Shown piece by piece: positions 40,101 through 52,100 of a DNA stretch of 64,000 bases (its first letter is position 1; every line of letters begins with the position of its first letter). Source of the DNA: Octopus bimaculoides (Eukaryota); the NCBI RefSeq assembly GCF_001194135.2, contig NC_068989.1:48355607-48419606 (forward strand), written 5' to 3'. Below the pieces are notes generated by a model. That model was not told the origin of the DNA. It worked only from the letters and a program-made list of their open reading frames with translations, and did no database searches. The translations under genes were made by a program, and so were the position numbers.

Positions 40101-43100
40101 AAGGCTTACTCCTAAAAGAATTTAAGGTATTTTTTTGTTAGGCATGCTATTCACCATTATTATTGCCATGCCCAAAACCATCATTGCAAAGACCACTATA
40201 TGATTAAAGACATGAAGAGAAGGAGTAAATTGAAGCTAAGCTATTTTACATCAACTGCACACAATTTCATGTCTGTGTGTTTATGTAAGTAAATATTGTC
40301 TTGAGCCCGAGGACCATAAGGCCAGTTACATGTTTTCCATCTTGTACAAGTGACTGTGCCCCCTGAATTAGGTAAGTCTGTTGCAGAGTTTACAGCTAAG
40401 TGAACTGGAGCAAGACGAATTGTTTAGCTCAAGAATATAATGCACCATTCAATCTGGGAAGCAAAACCACAAGTACAACATGCTAACCATTAGGTCATAC
40501 ACCTTCATGTATCTGTGAAAGAAATGAATATTAAAATGAAGGATTTGTAGGGAACTGGTCAGTTTGCCGATATCATTAGCACTGTCAATTCGCCAATATC
40601 ATTGGTACCATGACTTTACTGATATCATTAGCCCCATCACTTGGCTGATATCATTGGCACTGAGTTTGCCAATATCATTAGCACCATTATTTTGTTGATA
40701 TCATTGGCACCACATAAGCAGAGAAACAGAGTACTTACCTGATATATAATTCCATGTCTAATGCACTAAGGTAGAGCTGTCGCATCATATCAAATCCAAT
40801 CATGTGTTTCTGACCTGACAATAACAAATTTTATAAAAAGCCATATCAGAAATAGAATCAAATTAAATAATTAATATTAGTTTCAAATTTTGGCACAAGG
40901 CAAGGATATCAGAGAAGGAACTAAGTCAATTACATTGACCACCGTGTTCAACTGGTACTTATTTTATAGACCCCAAAAGGATGAAATGCAAAGTCAACCT
41001 TAGCAGAATTTAAGCTCAGAAAATAAAGAGGGGTGAAAATTTGCTAAGCACTTTGCCCAGTGAACTAATGATTCTGCCAGCTCACTGCCTTAATTAGATA
41101 ATATAATTAATACTGATAATTAAATGGACAAACTGCTAGAAAATATATAACTTAATCTGAACCAAAATGGGGATGTTGACCTGCTAGAAATAACATTCAA
41201 ACTTCCTTGAAATTAGATCCATCTTGGTAAAAGAGGAGTACAATGGTCAATGCAAAGCAAGATAGACAAAAAAGCAGGAGGGCCTTGGGTGGAATGCCTT
41301 CTATCATAGATTTATTAGACTAGGAATGACCTGGGGCTAAACAACAGCAACCACAATATAATTGTATAATTCATTGAACTTTATCATTACAAAGAATGCT
41401 GGATGACAGACTCAGTAGAGTGGCAGACTTGCTCATTTTGATTACATTCTGAATTCAAATCTTGCCCATGTCAGGTTTGACTTCCATGAATTGATGGTTA
41501 ATAAAGCAAGTACCAGTCATGTGCTGGGATTGATATACACAACCATACATCTCCTGGCACCTTGACAAAGGGCCAAGACACCTGATGCCTTGCTATATTC
41601 AAGAAAACCTGTTCTTCACGTCAGAATTGATACTAATGGTGATGTCATGTAAAAAGCACTGGTGCTGGTGTTACATAAAAAGCACTCAGTACACTCTAAA
41701 ATGGTTGGCATTTGGAAGGGCATCTAGCCATAAGAACCATGCCAGAACAGATAATGGAGCCTGGTGCAGCCTCTGACCTTGCCAGGTCCTGTCAAACCGC
41801 CCAACCCATGCCAACATGGAAAACAATTAAATGAAATGATGATACACTGCTTCAAATAAAAAAAAATAAAAAATACTGCAGTCTATTGTATCATTAATCA
41901 TTGATATCAGTAGGAAAAATGAATGTGCAGCTCTATTGATCATATAGTTATGAATTCAAATTTTATGACAATTATTGTGTTGTATTCATGGGCATGGTAC
42001 ATAAGTGTATAACTGTAGTGTGCTCCAGTTTACTTAACTGACAAAATCAGGTTGTGCTTGTACTTCATTGTTGAGTGGTTAACAATAAGAATAACAACCA
42101 CCTGAAGAAAACCCAGACAGCTTCTGCTCAAATTTATAATGTGAGAAAAGCAAGTTAAAATTAGTCCACCATGCAAATATGGAAAAATGACTAAATACAG
42201 ACAGGCAGAGGCATAAACATATGATTAAGGAGTTTGCTTTACAACCTCATGGTTTTCAGTTTAACCCTCAAATGTCTTCTACTGAAGCCCCAGGCCAACT
42301 AAAGCTTTGTGAGTATGTTTGGTTAGGGAAATTGAAAGAAGCACAATATGTATGAGAAAATTAATAGTTGAATATTTTCATCTTAAAGCCCATCACGCCT
42401 TTATACATGCAAATACACACAGCCCCCACTACTCTCACACAAAAACCAAAGATATAAATAAAGAAAACCTTTAAGAAGTGTGTCCACCATTTCATCAGGC
42501 ATAGGTTCGCCTGTCTGATAGTGAGATGTTAAACTTTTCAGGGTACGTGCATCAGATAACCACATAGTCATGAAACTGGAGCAGACGTGGAGTGCATCCC
42601 ATTCCACATTTCTTTGACCTGCTATCTCACTGTATGGAACTGTAGTTAACATTTGTTGTAGACCGTGACCAAACTGGAATAAAACAGAATGAATTTATCA
42701 AGGAAATATGACAAATATCATTATCATTATTAACGGTTTCATTTCTAAGAACAAGATAATTTTTTTTAAAACTCAGATCCCATCTAGAGCAGTGGTTCAC
42801 AACCACTTTATTACTATTTTATTCTGGTGGACCCCTATAGCCATTTCTGTTTAAAAACTAGTTTCATAGATACTTCTTTCAAAATTCATATTTTGTTGAT
42901 CACACAATTACTTATGTAGGTTGTATTATGTAAAATGTCAGACAAAGAAACATAGCTGCTTCTTGCAATGAATACATCTAAAGCAAAATTTTTTCATGGA
43001 CTCATAAATTACAACTGTGGACCCAATTTACTATTTTTCTTGTGTGGACCACTCTTTCCCCACAAATCTTATATGGACCACAAGGGGGTCATATGGCCTT

Positions 43101-46100
43101 TGGTTGAGAACCACTGTCCTAGAGGGACAGACACTAAGCAGATATGTCCTTATCTATCACACAAAAACAGTGGTTGCAGTCATAAGGTAAAACAAAATGG
43201 AGGCAAAGCATACATCTGATTGATAATTTAGTTAAATAATGGTTACTCACACCACACATATAAGTAAGTAAATGGATCTCTGTTGGTTTTGACAGTGAGG
43301 ATTCAGTCACTCAAATGAATTATCCACTCATCGAATTAATGAGTGGCTGAGTATTCCACAGACATTCATATCCTTAACGTAATCCTTAGGCAGAATCAGC
43401 ATGATGCAGTGTGTGACAAAAAAAGTACTTCTGGATTATAGGTACAATACATTTGATGGGTTTCCACACAGTTTCTGTCAACCCAATTTCACTCAAGATT
43501 TGGTTTGACCCGAGGCAAATGATTTTGTGGGACCACGTGGTTGCAAAGTGAACTTCTTAGCTACGCTGTATCCACACTAAAACACACACACTTGAATGAA
43601 GGGTCAATGCTGAATATAACAAACCAATCAATGATGGCATGTAAAAAGCACACAGCACACTCTGTAAAGTGGTTGGCATTAGGAAGGGCACCCAGCCGTA
43701 GAAACCAGGCCAAATCAGACAGGAACCTGGTGCAGGTCTCCTGCTTGTCAGCTCTGGTCAAACCGTCTAAGCCATGCCAACATGGGTTAGATGAATCAAT
43801 CTCTTGACAGCACCTGCAAGTGAACTGAGTAATGAACTGATATTAGAATAAAGGGCTGGGTTAAAGATAAACTGTCAATACCTCTGAGAACAACATATGG
43901 ACTTCCTGAAGTGTCATAAGAGTTGGTATACTGGGCACAAGTGGTTTGTGAAGGTTTAGCACCAAATAAGAAAATGGTTTCAGGTCATGTAAATCACTTC
44001 GCTCTGAAAAATTAAAGATAAACTAATTAATTTATTGATTAAATTTAATGTCTAGAGGAATTATTATAACTTAAAACAGGTTTGCACAACACATATATTA
44101 CAACATGCAGACTGCAACACATGAAGCATAATAATACATGGGCCACGACACATTGAGCATTAATAACATTCAAGATATTGTGATTGACAGAGTGTATTTG
44201 TCTCATTGCATATCTCTGGACAACTTCTAAACTGATTCCTATACTGGACGAAATGGGGTTCCAGACTGGAGATATAAACTGAATGTGGATGTACCACAGC
44301 CATAGATAAGTGGCAAGCAGCTAACTACCGTTTTACTGAGTGATACTGAAACATCTTTAGCCCTTTTGACAATTTTAAGAATGTGATGAGCCCAGTGCAG
44401 ATCATTGTTGATAACAATAACTAGGTCACATTTACTAGTAGACTTCTTAAGGTTCGTATTGAGGAAGGGTTAAAAAAAAAAGGTATCCACTGAGAACATT
44501 AATTTTTTTTTTTTTATCATCTCGGTTCCATGGTAAGAAGTTTGCTTCTCAACCGCATAGTACTGGGTTCAGTCCCAAGGTGTAGCACCTTGGGCAAGTG
44601 TCTTTTACTATAGCCTCAAGCCAACCAAAGCCTTGTGAGTGGATTTGGTAGACAGAAACTGAAAGAAGTCCATCGTGTGTCTATATGTCTGTGTTTGCCC
44701 CCACCACCAACAGACAACCGGTGCTGGTGTTTACTTCCTCACAATTTAGCAGTTCAGCAAGAGAGACCAATAGAATAAGCACCAGGCTTTAAAAAAAAGA
44801 GAAAAAGTTCTGGGGTTCATCAGTTCAACTAAAATTCTTCAAGGTAGTGCCCCAGCATGGCCACAGTCTAATGACTGAAACAAGTAAAAGATAAATTTAT
44901 TAAAGAATATAATTTAGAAACAATAACAATGTAATGAATCTCACCTCGACCAATTTCCATCCATGTTCCACTCATTTTACCTTGATGTGCATAGGGATCG
45001 AAAAAGAAAGATGCCCTATATTCACCTGAAAAAAATAAATAATTTGAAAAGGAAGTAGTTTCAATATAACATTTCTGATGGGTATAATTAACCCTTTAGC
45101 ATTCAGATTATTCTGTTAAACGGAATGCTTATTTATTCACATTATTTGGAGTTAATCATGCCTTGTTTTGTAGCTTCAAGATTTTGATGAGGTAACTGAA
45201 TTTTTTGAATGACATTGTAGGGTTAGTGTCAGAGGCCAAATCTGGCCAGTTTGAACATAAAACAGGTAGAATGTTTTAGCTGAATATAGCTGGTTTAAAT
45301 GCTAGAGTTAAATGTATGATTACTACTGGTGAATTTATAGCTCCACATAGAATTTTACCAATCAGTCTGCTTCCAGTAAACTAGTGTGGTTACTTCTATA
45401 TTTAGTAATATTGGTTTAAAATTTTGGCACAAGGACAGCAGTTTCAGGAAGGGGTTAAGTTGATTACATCAACTTCAGTACTTCACTGGTACTTATTTTA
45501 TTGATTCCGCCCAAAAGGCAAAGTGTACCTTGATGGAATTTGAAGATGATATATGCTGCTAAGTGGCTTGTTTGGTGCAGTGATAATCTTTTGTTTCAAA
45601 TTTTGGCACAAGGCCAGCAAGTTCGGGGGAGGGTGTAAATCGATTATATTGACACCAGTGTTCAAGTATTACTTATTTTATCAACCCTAAAATGATGAAC
45701 AGCAAAGTTAACCCCAGCAAAATTTGAACTCTGAAGGTAAAACGGACGAAATGCCATTAAGCATTTTTCCCGGCACTAACAATACTGCCAACAAGTTCAA
45801 GGGAGGGTGTAAATCGATTATATCAACCCTAGTGTTCAAGCAGTACTTATTTTATCAACCCCTAAAGGATGAAAGGCAAAGTCGACCTAGGTGGAATTTG
45901 AACTCTGGGCATAAAACGGACGAAATGCCACTAAGCATTTTGTCCAGTGCGGTAACAATTCTGCCAGCAAGTTAGGGGGAAAATGTAAATCGATTATATC
46001 TACCCCAGTGTTCAACTGCTAATAATTTTATCAATCCCAAACGAATGAAAGACAAAGTCATCCTCGGACATAAAAACAAATGAAATGCTGTAGAGCAATT

Positions 46101-49100
46101 TGCCTAGTATGCTAACAGTTCTGCCAGCTTGGTGTTTTACTGTATTCAGTAATATTACTGGTTATGGTATATAGAGTATATATAGGATAAAGATGATAAA
46201 CACAAGATGAAGTTTATACCATTTGTTCCTTACGTGTTTCATTCACCATTGTGGCTATTTGCATCTTATGCAGTGGATGCTCATAGCACATTCAGATGCA
46301 GATCCACAACGACTTTTCGGGGGGCTACTATTACATTATGTTTCAATAAAAAGGTTATTTTTATTTACTCATAATGTCACTTTGTTTTTTGAAGGATGAA
46401 ATGTAAATAGATATAGTTTCCAATATCTTACTGATAAATACTTGCTCAGAAAGGAATTGAATTCAGAATATCAAGACACAACTAATCCAGATATAAAGTG
46501 TTCAATATGGCTCAATACAATATTTATTAAATTCAATACATTCAGATGCACAGTTTCCTACTTTCCCTATATGTGTTTATATATATATATGTTTACAAAT
46601 CTATCTAACTATTTGGAGGAAATCAACTGTTGAAAAAAGAAAAAAAAACTTGTGGTAGAGAGGGGAGAGCACTCTGACATCAATTTTTATGCAGTGGCTG
46701 GTAATTGGTGATATCTTAAAAAATACACACTAAAATAATAAACCATAAGAGATTAAAAAAATTCTTACCTTTTTCATCATAAACACCAAACAGTTTCACA
46801 TCTGGCAGTGAATTGTCATTTTGATCAGATTCATCCTGTTGTACAGAATAAAAAATCTTTTTAAAGTAAAAAAAAAAAATCCACCTACCAATTTTGTTTC
46901 CTCATAACTTTCAGAAAAATAGATATATCTAATGAAATTTTCAATGAATATCTTTCAGACCTCTTAAGAGTTGAAATAAATAATCAATCAAGTATAGGAG
47001 TCAACATAATCTGTTAAATCCCCTCCCCTCAAAGTGACAAATTATTATGATGTACTTGAGATAACTGTTCACAAACCTTGATTATAATTCCAAAAAGTTT
47101 TTCACAAAACTTGAAGAGAGAATTCAAAACATGAGACAACGGGAAATATTGAGCTATCTGGCTTTCATTGATGCTAGATAAACAAAGAAATAAAAAATGG
47201 TAAAGACATATTTTAGGAAATTTATAGAAATCATCATCATCATCATCATTTTAATGTCTACTATTCCACCATGCTTGCATGAGTTAGAGGAAACTCGGTG
47301 AGACAGATTTTCAACTGCCCTATGCTGCTCCTAACACCAACTTCTCCTGTTTCCAAATAAGGAAACACTTGCCCCTAGTCTTTTGAATGTAAACAGTACA
47401 TTAGCCACACATTTACTTGGAAGATTGCAAACAATTGAAGCTGCTTACAATTAGCATGTAATATCAAGATAAGGAGACATAAACATACTCATGCACAAAC
47501 GCAGACACACACATACAACAGGCTTCTTTCATTTTCTGTCAACTATATCCACTCACAAAGCTTAACTATAGAACCATATGTGAACCTACATCCACACAAC
47601 CATGATGTCTGCATTAATGTACAAATATACTTCAATGTAGTGAGACATAGGCAGTTAAATGTAGAAGGGCTAGAGAGAAATGGTGCAAATAAAGCCTTTT
47701 GGAAATATAACATCAATTTGCATGGAAAGTAGGCCATAGATAAGAGAACATTTTATGTATGCAGGAGAGGAATTTGTACTGCTATGGACATATGATGTAC
47801 ATGAACAAGGAGTGCTAGGTTTTTAAATCAATCATCTGAACACCTAGTTAACATTTAAAATAAACCAAAGAGGGATTTCTAGAGTATAGTAGTAGTGTGG
47901 AGGAAAGATAGGCAAAAAGAACTTAGTGTGGATTGGGAAGTGAAACTTAAGGTATTTTGTTGAGTTTGAACCAAGATTCTTCATTCTACATGTCTCATGT
48001 TACCTAACTATGAAAAATAAATTATTTGCAGCCACAAAGAAAACAGAGAAAGTGTATTTGTAATTCTACTCACCCATAATACTGGTTTTTGTGTATCCTT
48101 CTCCAGTAAGGAACATCCCAACACTGTAACTCATGGGGAAAGCCTTCAGAAACAGCAAAATCCTGCAACTCTTCTAATTCTTCTTTAGCAATAGGTTTAA
48201 AATGATTTTTATATCTAAACAAACAAACAAATAATAATAATAATAATAAAAACTGTAAAGGTTGTGCCTATGTTAATTGGTGCATTGGGACCAATAAGTA
48301 AAGATATAGACAAATGGTTGAAGGAGACTGGAATAGAATGTACTGTAGAGCTTCTACAGAAAGTTTGCCTCTTAGGGACAGGAAAGATTATCAGGAGGGT
48401 TCTAAACACTAGAAAGACTAGTGAAAGCTTATGGATACCTAGGATTACAGGTAGTAACTTGCTCCCCACATAGATCCTACAAGGAATAAGACCAAAGCTG
48501 AGTCAATAATAATAATAATAATAAAAGCAAGAAGACGATATATGATCCTAGAGGAGCAAAATAAACAAACAGTGTAAGGTCATAGATTTTGCAATTCCCT
48601 ATGATAGTAGACTCAATACCAAAGAAATTGTAAAAATTGAGAAACATTAGGATCCAGCCAGGGAGCTGAGGAGACCAAGACAATAATTATTCCTGTAGTA
48701 ATTGGTGCACTTGGCACAACACCTAAAATGCTTCCTAAAAGACTGAAAAAAGTGGAATTTAAACTTGCATTGTTGTCTTGCAGAAAAGTATCATCTTATA
48801 TTCTGCAAGAATCTTAAGGAAAGTTCTTAAGATTTGAGAAAACTTGTTGTCACTGAACCTCAAGATAAAATCCCTGTTAATCAAATTAGCATGTACCAGC
48901 TTACTACTACTACTAATAATAATAATAGTAGTAAAAATAATAATAATAATAATCCTTTCAACTATAGGATCTTAGGGGTGGGAGCTAGTTGATTGCATCG
49001 ACCCTTGAACTTGATTGGCACTCATTTAATTGACCTCCTTGAAAGGATGTAAAGCAAGATCAACCTTGGCAGCATTTGAACACAGAATGTAAAAATGGAC

Positions 49101-52100
49101 AAAACGCTGCTAAGCATTTTGCCAGCTCACCACTTAAGTTCCGTTGATGGTGGCTTCAATACCAGTAGAGTTTATCTAGAACAGGTAATGTCCCACTGTA
49201 GATTGTCCATAATCCCCAACCTAGTATTCCAGACAAGACTACTAAGACTGTCATCAATGATGCCCAAATTGCTCCCAAGCCATTGCCGTGCATACCTTCC
49301 ATTAACTGACTTTTCACTGATTGTTTGGTCCAGTTGATAGTGTGCAGTACATGCTTGCCTCATGGTCCATTTGGTAAAGTATATCATTCTAGATGCCCAA
49401 ACATGATCTGCACTTAACCAAGGACAGTATCTCAAAAAGAAGAGCTGTAGAAAAGTATACTACACAAATGGCAGATATGTCAGCCTCAGTGTCGGACTAC
49501 ATATCATCAACCCCAGCAATTCTTCCCCCAAAATATGTGGCTGTATAACTAAAAAATTCACATACTTATACAGGTTGTTCAAGCTAAATTTGACAATTTT
49601 TACGTCTTTTTTTTTTCAGAAACAGCTTGATGTATTGGTGAACAATGAAAGACAGTGAAGTATAAAGATTAAAACTGTAATTGAGAAAAAGTTAACTGAC
49701 ATTGAGAACTGGAAGCTTTCTAAATATTGGAAAAGATTACCTGTGTCATGATGATTTGCACCAGCCATCAAAATGCCAACATCATGAATGTTACACAAGG
49801 CTCGTGAACACTGTAAAGGCTGTAAGATGTGACATGAACAGCTGCAATGATGACTATGAAGCTATAGCCAGCAGGAACAAACACACCAGGCATTTGACTA
49901 CATCTGCACACTGGAATCCATCCCCACATCTTTGAACAACGTCTTAAGCTCAATTCAGACAGTTACATGAAGCTGCTGGAGACTGTTGTCAAACTCTGAC
50001 TGGAGATGGTTGCTGTTGGAAGGCAACAGGATTTGGCTCCTTGCATACTTCCACAGAAGTAGTTGTTGAAGATTTTCTATGACCTCTCCAGCCCCAATTT
50101 CTGGCCTCCTAATTCCCAATTACTATGTGTGGGGTGCAGTTGAGAAAAACACCAACCAGTTTGCCAGCAACATCAAGGCCAAGCTGGTGGGCCAAGATGA
50201 AGGAGGAATACATGTGCGAAGTTCCAGACCCTTCTTGAGACCATGGTAGAAGCTACTTGATATTTTTTTGATTTCTTAAAATACTTTTATTTTTAGCTGG
50301 AATATTGTGTTTTGTTTTCCTTTTCCATTTACATCCCTATAACTTGGTCATTTGGCAAAATGAGACCAAAACAATAAGTACCAAACTTGAAAATATGTAC
50401 AGAATAAATTATGGCAAATAAACTCTTCAAAACTGATACCCCAGCACGTCCACAGTGCAATGATTGAAACAAGTAAGCGAATAAAGGAATAAAGAAAATA
50501 GGTATATGTATGGAACTTACGTTTCTAACATGGTGAGCACATTCTCTACAGATCCTGCCATTTTGGTCTCCATAGACATATGAGCAAAACTGTTATACCC
50601 TAAAATGTCAGCAATGTCCTGTCTGCAAGAAATAGAAAAAAAAACCGGTTCTTAATAAATAAAACTGGAGAAATAAGTTTTATATAATAAGTTCCAAAAA
50701 TTAAACAGAAATACAACAAAGATACAAATGGAAAATTCACAACCAAAAAAGGACACTGCCATTTCCTTGACAGTTATCATCCCAAAAATCCTTACAATTT
50801 CAATGGTCATGCCAACAGAGAGAAGCTGTTGGGAATGGCAAACGAATGTTTAGGACAGTGACGGAAACAAACACAAAACAAATATTTATATACATATAGT
50901 TAGTAGTTAATAAACTGTATGGTAGTAAAGCACATTCACAGCAGCATCCTACCTGTGAGGGATCGATACTAGATGAGTCCAAACGATTATAGCGATCAAT
51001 AAAGATTCTCGTATATTACATCTTCCATCCCTCTCATTAATTATATATATCCGCCTTTTTAAGTCCCACTCCCTGACCCCGATTGTTCCTGTTAATATAA
51101 TTCTAAAATATTGGAGAGTCTGAGAAGATTATTGCTGAGATTTATCCAGAGTGATTTTCATAAGAGCTAACCAGTCATACTGTCTCTTAAGACAGCAAAA
51201 CATTCCCTCAATACACACAAGAGAGAAAAAAGCCAGGTCAGTTCCTCCTCATTTTTGCGATTATCAAAGAATATCTATATGTATTTTTCCATACATGTAT
51301 TTTCATACTTACACTGTTTCAAACATTTTCATCTTGTTATCAGAGATGTGTAATAATCAGTATGTAACACTACAAAGTTCATACAAAGCTTTATACTTTA
51401 AATATATTCCTCTTATTATCATCAAAGAATGTATATATGCATTTTAATATTCAAACTGTTTTTTAACATTTTTTATTATTCTCAAAGACTTTTGATAATC
51501 TTTTTCTAAAAAAGTGAAACCAGTTANNNNNNNNNNNNNNNNNNNNNNNNNNNNNNNNNNNNNNNNNNNNNNNNNNNNNNNNNNNNNNNNNNNNNNNNNN
51601 NNNNNNNNNNNNNNNNNNNNNNNNNNNNNNNNNNNNNNNNNNNNNNNNNNNNNNNNNNNNNNNNNNNNNNNNNNNNNNNNNNNNNNNNNNNNNNNNNNNN
51701 NNNNNNNNNNNNNNNNNNNNNNNNNNNNNNNNNNNNNNNNNNNNNNNNNNNNNNNNNNNNNNNNNNNNNNNNNNATATATATATATATATATATATATAT
51801 ATACTGAACAGTATTAAATCCAATTTTTTAGGTTAGTTTTGCAAATTTAGATATTTGCCATTACTTTATCAACTACCATCATTATTATTTCCATGTCTAT
51901 TTTCCAATGCTGCACAAGGTGGGACAGGCCCCTCTCAATCCTCTTAGACCTATGTCCGCTAGTCTTTGAGACCCAATATCCTGAAAACTGACATTCCACA
52001 CTGATCATGTAAGAATGATATAGTTAATTTAATCCATTAGCATTCAGATTATTCTGTCAAATGCAATACATATTTATTCATATTGTTTTGAATTTAATCA

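Noticed and set aside
40560-40712. Repeat-spacer look reminiscent of CRISPR
   Set aside because: It lies in a eukaryotic intron, the repeats are degenerate, the spacers are only ~10 nt and mutually similar, and there are no cas genes.
39462-43887. A-to-I editing restoring the catalytic residues
   Set aside because: A->G changes in TCA, CAC or CAT give Ser or Arg, never His, Glu or Tyr. Likewise AGC and GGT in the GNAT genes cannot become Tyr.
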